Shown here: piece after piece, positions 40,590-50,895 of the stretch | Layout of the letters: each line of letters starts with the position of its first letter | Position numbering within the stretch: the stretch's first letter is position 1 | From: Polyangiaceae bacterium | GTDB taxonomy: Bacteria > Myxococcota_A > Polyangia > Polyangiales > Polyangiaceae | Assembly (NCBI GenBank): GCA_965222375.1 | Contig: CBDCTZ010000012.1 | Span: forward strand, 192,001-256,000 | Reading direction: 5' to 3' | Length of the DNA: 64,000 bases | Position numbers and translations under genes: made by a program | The notes under the pieces: model-generated | What the model saw: the letters and a program-made list of their open reading frames with translations, nothing else | Databases searched by the model: none | What the model was told of the DNA's origin: nothing

Positions 40590-42644
40590 TTGGCTTGCGC
40601 TGTCCACAAGCGAACCCAGGCGGCTGCGCGGCATACCGGGCTCGGGCTGCTCTGGCACCAGCTGATCCTCGTGGTCGCTCTGCTCGCGGGAGTCGGCTGT
40701 CACCACGACCGTCCGGAGCGGCTGCCGGGAGAGACGGACATTCTGGTCACCGCGGTGAACATCCAAGGCGTGGCAGGCGCCGGTCTGAAACTGCCCCATT
40801 CCGATTTGTTCATCTTGCTCGGCCTGCGCAAGGGCAACGTGCTGGTCACGCATCGCTACTTCAACGAGTTCAGACTCGCTGAAGATCGCCGTCGCCTCGT
40901 GTCTTGGTGGCAGAGTTTCGGCTACTTCGATGCGGAGGTCAGCGAGCCCAAGCTGGAGTGGTCATCGGACAAGAAGAGCGTCGCGGTCACGTGGACGGTG
41001 ACGGAGGGGACAGAATACCACATAGGCTCCATCACGCTGAAGCACATGCCCGCGGAGCACGAGCCGGCGATTCGAGATCTCGTGCCGTACAAAGTCGGGG
41101 ATGGCATTGACCTGGAGGAGTACCGCCTCACACGACTGCGCATGGCGGAGCATTTGCAGCGCGCGGGCTATGGCCACGCCAAAGTGATCAGCCGCACCTA
41201 CGTCGACAAGCAGAAAAAGCTGCTGCATTGGTACTATTTCGCCGATCCGGGCCCGAAAACCGTGATCGGAAAAGTCGTGGTCGAGGGTGCCCATCGCCTG
41301 CCTGAAGACAGCGCCATCTGGCGAGCGGGGCTGGTGACGGGTGAGCCCTACAGCCTTGCGCTGAAAGAAAAGGGCCAGCTCGATCTGGTGGATTCCGGGA
41401 GCTATGCGTCGGCTTCGATCAAGCCCGACGCCGACGTCGACCGCGTGTTGCCGGGAGATCGGCCAGACACGGGCGGGGATCTAAAAGACGTGCAGGTGGA
41501 CAAGGATGGCAACCTGGTTCCACGGGAGCTGCCTGAGACGGTCAACATGCGCCTGGTCGTGGTGGAGGCGCCGCGCACTCAGCTTCGCCTGCGCGCGGGT
41601 GCAGAAGCCGATCCATCTCGTGGGGACGCCTACTTTGGTGCGCGTTTGTGGTTGCGCGACTTATTCGGCCCCTTCCACCACATCGTTACCGACGGGCGAA
41701 TCGGCTACGGCGTGAGTTGGGATGACGATGATGATGAATTGTCGGGCCCCTATGGCGAGGCCCTGGTGCGCTACATCAAGAGCGGCTTGTTCGGGCGCCT
41801 CGGCGACTTCCGACTCAGCGGCCGCTACCGGGATTTGCTTTATCCAGGCTTCCAGCTGCGGGAAATCGCCGCGGGTCCTGGTGTGCGCTCGACCCTCGCG
41901 CCGGGTCTGTTCGTCGAATTCGACACCCTCTTCCGTTACGAGGACACGCGTGCATTCGGAGGGTTCACTCCTGCGGTCGAGGATGATTTCGACCTGACAG
42001 ACGACGAGACGAAACTGGGTGAGCTCGATGCGGCACTGATCTGGGACAAGCGAAACGACCCGGTCGAAGCTACGAGCGGCCACCTGCTGCAGCTATCCTC
42101 GGCGTTGTCGCCCGGGGGCAGCCTCGGCACCGAGCGCTACCTCCGCCTCGACCCCGAGCTGCGCGGTTTCCTTTCCCTCAACACCAACTGGTCCCTAGGC
42201 GCCCGTCTCAGCGGCAGCTGGGTGTTCCTCGACGACGGCGCCGTCCCAACGGGGGTGCGGACCTTCGGAGGCGGTGCCTTTGGTCATCGCGGCTTCGGGC
42301 GTTTGCGTTTGTCTCCAGAGGCACCCTGTGAGCCGGGCGCGACTTGCGGCACCGAGTTTGTTGGCGGCAAGAGCCTGCTGGAGTCGAGCCTGGAGCTACG
42401 TTTCCTTCCGTTTCGAAAACCCTTCGGCCTCGCGGTGTTTGGGGATGTGGGTGGCGCTGGGAAAGACGAAAACCCCCTCGAGGACGGAGTCGCTGCGGCG
42501 GTGGGCCTCGGGCCGCGCCTGCGCCTCTGGTACCTGCCCATCAGCTTGGACTTCTCCGTTCGCCTGCTTAACAAGGGCGAAAGCGAGCCCTTCGACGACT
42601 GGGACACCTACTTGGTATTCTTGCGTATCGGAGAGTCCTTTTGA
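40590..42644 (+). CDS. Omp85 family BamA/TamA-like outer membrane protein (lipoprotein)
   Basis: LLAGVGC lipobox, POTRA-like GYFDA..V.EG, GGAFGHRGF loop, ELRF, GLGPR, C-terminal IGESF. Confidence 0.85.
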   Translation: MACAVHKRTQAAARHTGLGLLWHQLILVVALLAGVGCHHDRPERLPGETDILVTAVNIQGVAGAGLKLPHSDLFILLGLRKGNVLVTHRYFNEFRLAEDRRRLVSWWQSFGYFDAEVSEPKLEWSSDKKSVAVTWTVTEGTEYHIGSITLKHMPAEHEPAIRDLVPYKVGDGIDLEEYRLTRLRMAEHLQRAGYGHAKVISRTYVDKQKKLLHWYYFADPGPKTVIGKVVVEGAHRLPEDSAIWRAGLVTGEPYSLALKEKGQLDLVDSGSYASASIKPDADVDRVLPGDRPDTGGDLKDVQVDKDGNLVPRELPETVNMRLVVVEAPRTQLRLRAGAEADPSRGDAYFGARLWLRDLFGPFHHIVTDGRIGYGVSWDDDDDELSGPYGEALVRYIKSGLFGRLGDFRLSGRYRDLLYPGFQLREIAAGPGVRSTLAPGLFVEFDTLFRYEDTRAFGGFTPAVEDDFDLTDDETKLGELDAALIWDKRNDPVEATSGHLLQLSSALSPGGSLGTERYLRLDPELRGFLSLNTNWSLGARLSGSWVFLDDGAVPTGVRTFGGGAFGHRGFGRLRLSPEAPCEPGATCGTEFVGGKSLLESSLELRFLPFRKPFGLAVFGDVGGAGKDENPLEDGVAAAVGLGPRLRLWYLPISLDFSVRLLNKGESEPFDDWDTYLVFLRIGESF

Positions 42645-45600
42645 GTGGAGACAGCGGCGATGTGCGCGCGGAAGTATCCCGTGCCCGCCGCGTGGTGCGA
42701 TATGCATTGCGTGGCGCGCTAGCGTTGACCGCGCTGCTCGTCCTGCTGGTGGTGCTCATCCACACGAGCCCGGGTCAGAACCTGATCCGGGGCCGCGTCG
42801 TTGCGGCGCTGAACAAGAAGATGAACGGGTCGGCCTCCTTGGATGCGCTCAGCGTGTCCCTGGTGTCGGGGGTCTCCCTGTCGGGTCTGTCCCTCAAAGA
42901 TGCGACCGGTGCGGAAGTCGTCCGCGTCGACGAGCTTTCCACGAAGCTGACGCTCTCCAAGCTACTCAGCGGCGAAGTCGCGGTTGACCACCTGAAACTT
43001 CATGGCGTGACTCTAGCCCTGAAGGAAGCCGAGGGGGGTGGCACCAACCTGTCCACCCTCTTCAAGAAGTCGCCCCCAAAACCAAAGACGACGAAAAAGA
43101 AAAAGAAGTCGCGGCGAATCTCGGTCGCCAGCATTGACGTGAGCCGGGTCAACGTCTCACTGAAGAAGCTGGACGGTTCGTCTCTGGCTGTGCGGGACCT
43201 TGCCGTGCAGGGACATGTCAGCGCCGTGGCGAGCGAAAAGACCGTGGCTCTCAGCCTCGACAAGATCGCTCTGAACCTCGAGCGCAAAAACAAGGCGGTC
43301 ACTCTTGGCGTTAGCGAGTTCAAGTCCGCCTTGAACGTGGATCTCGTCGGCGGCAAAGGCACAGTGAGCCTCAAGCCCACCTCTGCAAAGCTCAGCCTTG
43401 CTCGCCCCGAAAAACCGCCGTTTTCGACGCCGGTTTCCTTCAACGGTGTCGATCTCGACGTGGCTCCAGGCAGCCTGTCCGCAAGTCTGAAAAAGCTCGC
43501 GGCAGGCCTCGCGTTGCTCGACTCCCTGGAACTCAGTGGCAGCGCAGAGGGTGGCGCACTCGTGGGAGACCAGAGTGCGGTCATCGCCGGCCTCAGCCTG
43601 AAGAAGGAGAAGGTTAACGTTCTGCTCGGCAAGGAATTGCTGGCGTCGGACCTGAAGCTTCAAGCCAAGGTTGGGGGGCCTCCGCAGGCTCTGTCCGTAG
43701 CAGTAGACCTCAATACCGCGGGGGGCACGCTGAAACTCTCGGGCACTGCCGACGTTTCGAAACTCGAGCGCCCCAAATACGATCTGCGCTTGGAAGGCAG
43801 CGAACTCGAAAGCGACAAACTCGTCCACTCGGCAAAAGTGCCCAAAGTTGAAGTGAAAAAGATCGTGCTTCAGCTCAAGGGTAGCGAAATCAAGAAGAAG
43901 CGCATCGACGCCGACGTGGCTCTAGACGTTGGCGACTTGAGCGTGAAAGGCATCAAGATTGACGGGGTCAAGCTGCGGGGTCGGTACGAACGCGGCACAG
44001 TGAAGATCACCGAGCTGACCATCGACGGCCTCGGTCAGAAGTTGAAAGCCGATGGCACCTTCGTGATCGCCTCCCGGGAGCTGTCCCTGAACCTCAAGCC
44101 GTCCGGCGACGTGGGCAAAGCGCTCACAGCGCTGGCCGCAGCGGGGATCAAGGTCAAAACGAAAATCGCGCCGGGCAGGGTCGTGCTTCGGGAAGACGAA
44201 ACCCACCTGGTCGTGCGCGGCAACCTGAACGAGCGGCTGGACGCCGAAATCAAGCAGGCCACGGTGCGGGTGGGGGGAGGCAGTGTCACCGTCTACGGGT
44301 CTGCGGCCTTGAACAAGGGCGAGGCGGACGCCGCTGGGAAGAAGAAGTTCAGCTTGGCTGGCTTTTCCGGCGACGTCCGGCTCAACAACGTCGGCCTCGC
44401 ATCCTTGGCGCGACTCCGCGGCAAGAACCTCAAGGGTTACGACGGTCGCATCCAGGGGCGCGTTCAAGTTCACGGCACCAAACAGGATCCGAAAGCGAAG
44501 ATTGCGCTCCGGCTCGCGACTCGGCCCAGTCGACCTGGGCGCCGCCGTGCCGCGCTGGTGACCCACATCGATGGCAAGCTCAACGCACGAGGCGCAGACG
44601 TCACGCTCAAGTCCGTGCGACGGGACCCCAGTGGAGCTGAGAGCGACGTGCTCGAACTGGACGCCAAGGTGCCTCTCAGTCTGCGGGCGAGGCGCCTGCG
44701 CCGAAACGGCGAGCTGCGGGTGTCCCTGGACCTGCCCCGGCGCCCCCTGTCGAGCTTGCGGGATGTGCTGCCCGATTCCATTGCGCTCAAGTTGATGAAG
44801 TATCCGGACGCCCACGTGGAGGCTCACGTCAAGATCGAGGGCACGGCGGCCAAGCCCCGCGGGAGTTTCGACATCGACTTGGACACCGAAATGCCACTGC
44901 TGGCAGAAGACGGCGGCCGTCAGCGGGTCGCACTGACCGGCACCGTGACGCCTACCTCCGACGGCTCGCATCTCGAAGCCAATCTGCGCGCTTGGCTCGA
45001 CCACCGCCGGGCGAAAGTCGTCAACGGCGACATCTCCGCCGATCTGAAGCGCGAGGGGCGTGACACGCAAGTGGCGTGGAACCTCGGGCTCTCGGTGGAG
45101 CCGCCTGCGCTCGAGGCGTTGCCGGCACGGATTCGACGCCCCGGGCTGTCGGGCAAGGTGGCCGTGCGGGCCGATCTCCAAGGCACACGCAAGGACGTGG
45201 GCGGGCGCGTGGTGGTGACCGCCAAGCGAGTACACAGAAACGGGCTCGGCCCCCTAGACTTGAACACTCAGATCGATCTGGGCGCCCAACAGACCACCCT
45301 CGGGCTGAAGTTTCGTGCCGCAGGCATTGATGCGGTGGGGTTGAAGGGCACGGTCGGTGTAGCCGGCAAGAACCTGATCCCGACCCTACGAGCCAAGAAG
45401 CTGGGCGACCCCACGCTCGACGCAGAGCTCACCGTCGTGCGCCAGCGAGTCGCGAAGTACGCCGTGCTCAGGAAGAAGCTCGAGAAAGTCCCCGGTGACA
45501 TTTCGGGTCGGATCGCGCTGACCGGCACGGTGAAGCAGCCCCTGATCGATGGCGGCGTCGCTCTCGACGAATTCAAGACCTTGGACGGGAGCCCCGGGCG

Positions 45601-47278
45601 TGCCGACCTGCGTCTGAGTGCACAGGCCGAAGCGGTGCTGGTGCAGCTCGGGCTCGGGGACCCAAAGGGCGGGACCCAGCCAGTATTGGTCAAAGTGGAA
45701 ACGTCCCGGCCGCAGGCCCTAGCTCTGCTGAAGACCCCGGATGGAGAGACCAACCAACTCGCAGTCAAGGCGAGCGCCCGTGCCAATCAAGTTCCCTTGG
45801 TCTCCCTCGTGCCCAAAAGCACTCTCGACGGGCGCGGAGTGAAACTCACCGGCAATCTGAACTGGAAGATGGACGCGGACCTGCAGCTGGCCGCGAAGGG
45901 CAAGGCGCGGCGTTTGGAGAAGGGCAGCCTGCGAGGGGATTTGCGAGTCGACAAGGGCAGCGCGACGATTCCGAACACCAAGCGGCGCTATCACAAGGTC
46001 GAGCTCGCCATCGTGAGCAGCGATGATGAGTTGCGCATCGATCGTATCTCTCTGGCCGAGAAGGATATCGAGAAGTCCAAACGCGCCTTGGACATCAAGG
46101 GCAAGATCGCCTGGGCCAATCTGAAGCCTCAAGGCGTAAATATTTCCCTTCGTGCCAAAGACTGGTTGCTCTTCGGTGGCAAGACCTTGGGTCGGGCCGA
46201 CGCACCCCGCGCCGCCCTCACCAGCAACATCGACGTGAAAGGCGACTTGACCGGCTCGCGGCGTCGCGTCGACGTAACCGTCAGCAAGCTCGATTTGAAG
46301 ATGCCTGATCGCTTCAATCGCGCCCACTGGCCCGAGGATGGTCACCTCGGTGACATGTTGGTCTTGGGTGAGAAGGGCGTGACTTTGGGCAAGCTGCCCG
46401 TGCCCGAGGCCGTCAAGAACGGCTCCGTGCACATCAAAGAGCCCAAGCCACCTCCAGCGGACAGCATTGTGGGAGGCACGGACATCCACCTCTCGATCCC
46501 CAATACGGCGCATATCCAGAAGCCGCCCTTCGAGCTCTACGCTCACGGGAAGCTGGTCGCGAAGTTGCGGCCGGGCCTGGCGCGTCCGGAAATCCGGGGT
46601 GAGCTGCCCTTGACGGCCGGCGCCATGACCCTGGGCGGCAGACTTCATCCAATCGCCAAAGGCAAGAAGAGCCGCATCGTTTTCGATGAGCGTAGCCCCC
46701 GAGGCCGCATGGAGACGCATCTGCTCAAGCAGGCCGAAACGGGTGCGCTGCGAGACATATCCAAGGCAAGCGCTCAAGGAGACACGGTACGGCTCTATTT
46801 GGAAGGGCCTATTGGCAAACCCAAGAGCAAGGTCAATGGCGCCGGCAACGCCGATCTCTGGGACATGCTCCCGGTGTACAACGCTGGGCGCGTCAAGTGG
46901 ACCAGCCAGCCAGATCTAGCTGGCAGCGTCACGGTTCAAGTCCCGCGCAAGTACGACGTGATTCTGCTCAGCTATATGGCTGTCAATTTGCCCCATAACC
47001 TGTTCTTGGATCGCATCAACGCTTGGTCGGATCCCGAAGATGTTCGCGGTGGCTACGGCCAGATCCGCAATCTGGAGGCCGAGAAGAGCAGCAAGAGCGG
47101 CGTGACTCGCATCGTGACGACGGCGCGGCCGCCGAGCGCTGGCCGAAGCGACGCCGAGCTGGAGGTCGATTGGATGTGGGTCAATACTCCGCGCACCAAA
47201 GCGGGGCTCGGCGTTGCCGCAGGCAACCGTGTGGGCGGCGGCCCAGCACTGTTCTTCGACTGGTCCAGTGAGGATTGA
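42641..47278 (+). CDS. TamB/AsmA-like large beta-taco protein
   Basis: N-terminal TM anchor, 1545 aa of repetitive amphipathic beta strands, overlaps the tamA-like gene. Confidence 0.75.
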   Translation: MSGDSGDVRAEVSRARRVVRYALRGALALTALLVLLVVLIHTSPGQNLIRGRVVAALNKKMNGSASLDALSVSLVSGVSLSGLSLKDATGAEVVRVDELSTKLTLSKLLSGEVAVDHLKLHGVTLALKEAEGGGTNLSTLFKKSPPKPKTTKKKKKSRRISVASIDVSRVNVSLKKLDGSSLAVRDLAVQGHVSAVASEKTVALSLDKIALNLERKNKAVTLGVSEFKSALNVDLVGGKGTVSLKPTSAKLSLARPEKPPFSTPVSFNGVDLDVAPGSLSASLKKLAAGLALLDSLELSGSAEGGALVGDQSAVIAGLSLKKEKVNVLLGKELLASDLKLQAKVGGPPQALSVAVDLNTAGGTLKLSGTADVSKLERPKYDLRLEGSELESDKLVHSAKVPKVEVKKIVLQLKGSEIKKKRIDADVALDVGDLSVKGIKIDGVKLRGRYERGTVKITELTIDGLGQKLKADGTFVIASRELSLNLKPSGDVGKALTALAAAGIKVKTKIAPGRVVLREDETHLVVRGNLNERLDAEIKQATVRVGGGSVTVYGSAALNKGEADAAGKKKFSLAGFSGDVRLNNVGLASLARLRGKNLKGYDGRIQGRVQVHGTKQDPKAKIALRLATRPSRPGRRRAALVTHIDGKLNARGADVTLKSVRRDPSGAESDVLELDAKVPLSLRARRLRRNGELRVSLDLPRRPLSSLRDVLPDSIALKLMKYPDAHVEAHVKIEGTAAKPRGSFDIDLDTEMPLLAEDGGRQRVALTGTVTPTSDGSHLEANLRAWLDHRRAKVVNGDISADLKREGRDTQVAWNLGLSVEPPALEALPARIRRPGLSGKVAVRADLQGTRKDVGGRVVVTAKRVHRNGLGPLDLNTQIDLGAQQTTLGLKFRAAGIDAVGLKGTVGVAGKNLIPTLRAKKLGDPTLDAELTVVRQRVAKYAVLRKKLEKVPGDISGRIALTGTVKQPLIDGGVALDEFKTLDGSPGRADLRLSAQAEAVLVQLGLGDPKGGTQPVLVKVETSRPQALALLKTPDGETNQLAVKASARANQVPLVSLVPKSTLDGRGVKLTGNLNWKMDADLQLAAKGKARRLEKGSLRGDLRVDKGSATIPNTKRRYHKVELAIVSSDDELRIDRISLAEKDIEKSKRALDIKGKIAWANLKPQGVNISLRAKDWLLFGGKTLGRADAPRAALTSNIDVKGDLTGSRRRVDVTVSKLDLKMPDRFNRAHWPEDGHLGDMLVLGEKGVTLGKLPVPEAVKNGSVHIKEPKPPPADSIVGGTDIHLSIPNTAHIQKPPFELYAHGKLVAKLRPGLARPEIRGELPLTAGAMTLGGRLHPIAKGKKSRIVFDERSPRGRMETHLLKQAETGALRDISKASAQGDTVRLYLEGPIGKPKSKVNGAGNADLWDMLPVYNAGRVKWTSQPDLAGSVTVQVPRKYDVILLSYMAVNLPHNLFLDRINAWSDPEDVRGGYGQIRNLEAEKSSKSGVTRIVTTARPPSAGRSDAELEVDWMWVNTPRTKAGLGVAAGNRVGGGPALFFDWSSED

Positions 47279-47292
47279 AGGGAATCACAACA

Positions 47293-47997
47293 ATGAAACA
47301 CAAGGTCGTCACCAGAGAGGAGTGGCTCACCGCTCGCCTCGAGCATCTCGCCAAGGAAAAAGAGTTCACCCGCGCTCGGGATGCCCTGAGCCGCGCACGG
47401 CGGGAGCTGCCTTGGGTGAAGGTCGAAAAGGACTACGTCTTCGACTCGCCGGCGGGCAGGGAGAGCCTGTCGGATCTCTTCGGCGGCAAGAGCCAGCTCC
47501 TCGCACAGCACTTCATGTACGGCCCGGATTGGAAGGAGGGTTGTCCGAGCTGCTCCTTCTGGGCCGACAACTTCAACGGTGTCGACGTGCACCTGGCACA
47601 TCGAGACATCACGCTGATAGCGGTGTCTCGAGCTCCGCTGGCAGAGCTCGAGGGCTACAAGAAGCGCATGGGCTGGAGCTTCAAATGGGTTTCATCCTTG
47701 GGCAGCGACTTCAATTTCGACTACGGCGTGTCCTTTACGCCTGAAGAAATGGCGGGCGGGGGCAAGTTCTACAACTTCAAGACCGCGGGCTTCCCGAGTA
47801 GCGAGGGCCCCGGCGTCAGCGCCTTCTACAAGGATGAGGCTGGCGATGTCTTTCACACCTACTCGACCTTTGCTCGAGGCCTCGACATGCTCAACGGCGC
47901 GTACCACTACATGGACGTCGCGCCCAAGGGCCGGGATGAAGACGCCCTCGAGTACCCCATGGCGTGGCTGCGACGCCACGACGCCTACGACGACTGA
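47293..47997 (+). CDS. DUF899 family thioredoxin-like protein
   Basis: EWLTAR..L.KEKE, RRELPW, HFMYGP, GCPSCS, HTYS..RG, W.RRHD motifs. Confidence 0.88.
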   Translation: MKHKVVTREEWLTARLEHLAKEKEFTRARDALSRARRELPWVKVEKDYVFDSPAGRESLSDLFGGKSQLLAQHFMYGPDWKEGCPSCSFWADNFNGVDVHLAHRDITLIAVSRAPLAELEGYKKRMGWSFKWVSSLGSDFNFDYGVSFTPEEMAGGGKFYNFKTAGFPSSEGPGVSAFYKDEAGDVFHTYSTFARGLDMLNGAYHYMDVAPKGRDEDALEYPMAWLRRHDAYDD

Positions 47998-49181
47998 CTG
48001 GTACCACCGCTGTAGGCAGAGCGCTCGTTGACGCGGACCCGGTACTTCAGGGACTTGCGGCGCTCCTGCTTTCGGAGCACGCGTGAAAACTCCCGAGCGC
48101 CCCAGGAGTACAGCGCTTGCTCGCCTGCAGGCACGAAGTGGCGGGTGAAGGAGAAACCGCGCCCCAAGGTTTGACATGCGCGAAGCGCCCAATACTCGCC
48201 TCGGTCGGGGATGTTCATTCCGGTCACGTAGTCGTTGCCGCTCAAGTGCCGCGTGACCTGATGCAGGAAGGTCTGGATCGTGGGGTAGGCCGGGGGGGCT
48301 CGGCGGGTCAGGGTTTTGGCCACGTCATCCAGAACGCATTTCGTCTGTTCGCTCAGCTTGTCCGGCTTTGCCTGGTGTTTGCAGGAGGACAAGAAAAAGG
48401 CCTGCTGCTTGTCGATGGTTTCGGGTAGCAGTGCCGGGTCGATGCCCAGAACGTGGCCTGCGTAGCGCCAAAGTAGGATGAAACTGTCGATCTCGTTTCG
48501 CCTCAGGCGAACCCCGAGCTTCAGCAAATTGCGGACGTTCACGTAGCCGAACAGCGCCAGGGTGATGGCGAGATCCTGCTGGTTGATCGGCACTTCAGTG
48601 TCGTGCCGGAAGCGCCCCGTGTCGAGCAGGTGGCGCCGGATCCCTGCGTGCAATAGGCGAACGCGTGCCAGGGTTTCGTGCGCCTTGCCGCCGGGTTCAA
48701 TCTGGCCTGGAAACGCCATCCGGAGCACCATTGCCATGGTCTCGTTCAAGCGCTGGGTCGCACTTCCCGAAAGCATACCGGTCATCGCAGTCACCAGGGC
48801 CATCTTCTGGAAGACAGCTCCTCCGACGAGCGAACCCGAAAGCAAGGATAGGCCCACGAATGGACCGTAGGTTGCGATCAGGCGCTGGCCCGGCACCATC
48901 CCATCGAAGTCTGCCCATTCGGGTACCCGTGTCGCATGCTCCAACAGCTGGGCGCACTTGGCGTCGCCGGCTTCAGCGCGCTCCCGCACCGCGCCCAGCA
49001 GGTCGAATATGTTCGTCAGCGGCCCCTGGGAAGCCAAGTCTCTCACCACGGCGTCAGCTAGTGGATCGCCGACGGCTCGCCACTGCTGCAGTGACGCTTC
49101 CGAATGCGGCTCGAAGAAATCGAGTTCGGAAAAGGGTGGGATCGTCTCGAGGGGAGGGAGCTGATGTACGGGCAGGGACAC
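47985..49181 (-). CDS. oxygenase MpaB/DUF2236 family protein
   Basis: GDPLAD, PEWAD, RLNET, VRLLHAGIR, PINQQD, WRYAGHVLG motifs. Confidence 0.82.
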   Translation of the reverse strand: MSLPVHQLPPLETIPPFSELDFFEPHSEASLQQWRAVGDPLADAVVRDLASQGPLTNIFDLLGAVRERAEAGDAKCAQLLEHATRVPEWADFDGMVPGQRLIATYGPFVGLSLLSGSLVGGAVFQKMALVTAMTGMLSGSATQRLNETMAMVLRMAFPGQIEPGGKAHETLARVRLLHAGIRRHLLDTGRFRHDTEVPINQQDLAITLALFGYVNVRNLLKLGVRLRRNEIDSFILLWRYAGHVLGIDPALLPETIDKQQAFFLSSCKHQAKPDKLSEQTKCVLDDVAKTLTRRAPPAYPTIQTFLHQVTRHLSGNDYVTGMNIPDRGEYWALRACQTLGRGFSFTRHFVPAGEQALYSWGAREFSRVLRKQERRKSLKYRVRVNERSAYSGGTSQSS

Positions 49182-49278
49182 GACGCTCGGAGTCTAGCCT
49201 GCTCCGACGACTCGAAACAGCCACGCCCGGGCCAATCTGGTTGGACGCGAGCGCCCGAACATGCTCGGCTCCGCGCTC

Positions 49279-49644
49279 ATGATCGTCGTTACCAACCGAA
49301 TCCCCGTGGCAGAAGGCCACGAAATCGACTTCGAAGACCGCTTCAAGAGGCGGGTGCACTTGGTCGATCAGTCACCAGGTTTTGTGCGCAACGAGGTGCA
49401 CCGGCCGCGGCCCATGCGCTTCGACCACGAGGCCGGCGGCTTCGTCCCGGATCCGGAAAAGCAGGGCTACTACGAGGTGAAAACGTGGTGGCGCAGCTTC
49501 GAAGACTTCGAAGCTTGGACCAAAAGCCCGGCCTTCGCCGAAGCCCACAAGAATCGCGCACCCAAGGAGATGTTCGCGGGGCCGAGCGTGCTCGAGGTCC
49601 ACGAAGTCTTCTTGAGCACTGATCTCGAAGGGATCGACGGCTAG
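49279..49644 (+). CDS. ABM-fold monooxygenase, IsdG/MhuD-like heme-degrading type
   Basis: IVVTNRI (Asn), FEDRF..R, PGF, FEAW..S.AF..AH (Trp/His) motifs. Confidence 0.78.
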   Translation: MIVVTNRIPVAEGHEIDFEDRFKRRVHLVDQSPGFVRNEVHRPRPMRFDHEAGGFVPDPEKQGYYEVKTWWRSFEDFEAWTKSPAFAEAHKNRAPKEMFAGPSVLEVHEVFLSTDLEGIDG

Positions 49645-49776
49645 TCCGCGCTCTGTGATGGGTTTGGTTGGGGTCGCGGCACTGCGCCACGGCGGTGCAC
49701 TAATCTCGCCATCTCGCGTCGCGCTGACGCCGGCTCCGAGTGCGCGCGGAAACCAAGCTGACCGAGGCTGCCCAGC

Positions 49777-50748
49777 TCAGGTTTTCGCCAACAGCTCGGC
49801 AGCCTCGAGCGCACCGTAGGTGAATATGATGTCTGCGCCGGCGCGACGCAGACCGAGCAGACTCTCGAGCAGACACTTGTCGTAGTCCAACCAACCGTTG
49901 GCGGCGGCGGCTTTGAGCATCGCGAACTCGCCACTCACGTGATACACGGCGACCGGCAGGTTGCTGTGTTCCCGAACGAAGCGCACAACGTCCATGTACG
50001 GCAAGCCCGGCTTGACCATCAGGATGTCGGCTCCTTCGGCTTCGTCGAGTTCCACCTCGCGCAGGGCTTCCCGCACGTTGGCGGGGTTCATTTGGTAGGT
50101 TTTTTTGTCGCCAGCGCGAGGGGCTGAGTCCAGGGCATCCCGGAAGGGGCCGTAGAAGGCTGAGGCGTATTTGACGCAATAACTAAGGATGCCGACGTCC
50201 CTGAATCCGGCTTCGTCGAGGGCCTCGCGAATCACTCCGACTCGGCCGTCCATCATGTCGCTTGGTGCGACGAGGTCGGTGCCTGCCTTGGCCTGGGCGA
50301 CGGCCATCTTCGCGAGCAACGGTAGCGTCTGGTCGTTGTCGATCAGGTTGTCGACGAGCAGTCCGTCGTGGCCGTCCGATGAATAGGGATCCAACGCGAC
50401 GTCCGTGACGACTACCAGCTCGGGTAGTTCCTTCTTAAGAGCACGTACCGCGCGCTGCAGTAGTCCCTCGGGGTTTTCGCTTTCGGTGCCGTGAGAGTTC
50501 TTCAGGGCATCGTCAATTGCAGGGAACAGCGCCACGCCAGGCACACCCGCGTCGAAGGCGCGTCGACACAGCGCGAGCAGCGGGTCGATCCCAAGCCGCG
50601 CATGACCCGGCATGCTCTTGATAGGAGTCATGCCGGAACCCTCCTGCACGAAGAGTGGCAGGATCAGGTTAGACGGTGACAAAGTTGTTTCATTCACCAA
50701 TGCGCGGCGGCCAGCACTGGTGCGGTTTCGGCGAGGTCGAATTAGCAC
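49777..50748 (-). CDS. hemB: porphobilinogen synthase (Asp-rich, non-Zn metal site)
   Basis: RPRRNR, DVALDPYSSDGHDG, APSDMMDGR, KYASAFYGPFRDA, MVKP motifs. Confidence 0.95.
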   Translation of the reverse strand: MLIRPRRNRTSAGRRALVNETTLSPSNLILPLFVQEGSGMTPIKSMPGHARLGIDPLLALCRRAFDAGVPGVALFPAIDDALKNSHGTESENPEGLLQRAVRALKKELPELVVVTDVALDPYSSDGHDGLLVDNLIDNDQTLPLLAKMAVAQAKAGTDLVAPSDMMDGRVGVIREALDEAGFRDVGILSYCVKYASAFYGPFRDALDSAPRAGDKKTYQMNPANVREALREVELDEAEGADILMVKPGLPYMDVVRFVREHSNLPVAVYHVSGEFAMLKAAAANGWLDYDKCLLESLLGLRRAGADIIFTYGALEAAELLAKT

Positions 50749-50895
50749 GCGCCAACTCTTATTGAAGTCCGGCCCTGGCTCAAGGTTTCGTCCGACGAAG
50801 GCGGGGCTTCAGCGCGCCGGGTGGGCGGGTGTGACATTCGGATCAGACTTTTCAGCGGTATTCCGGATGCTAACTTTGGGAAATAGGAGGTCTAC

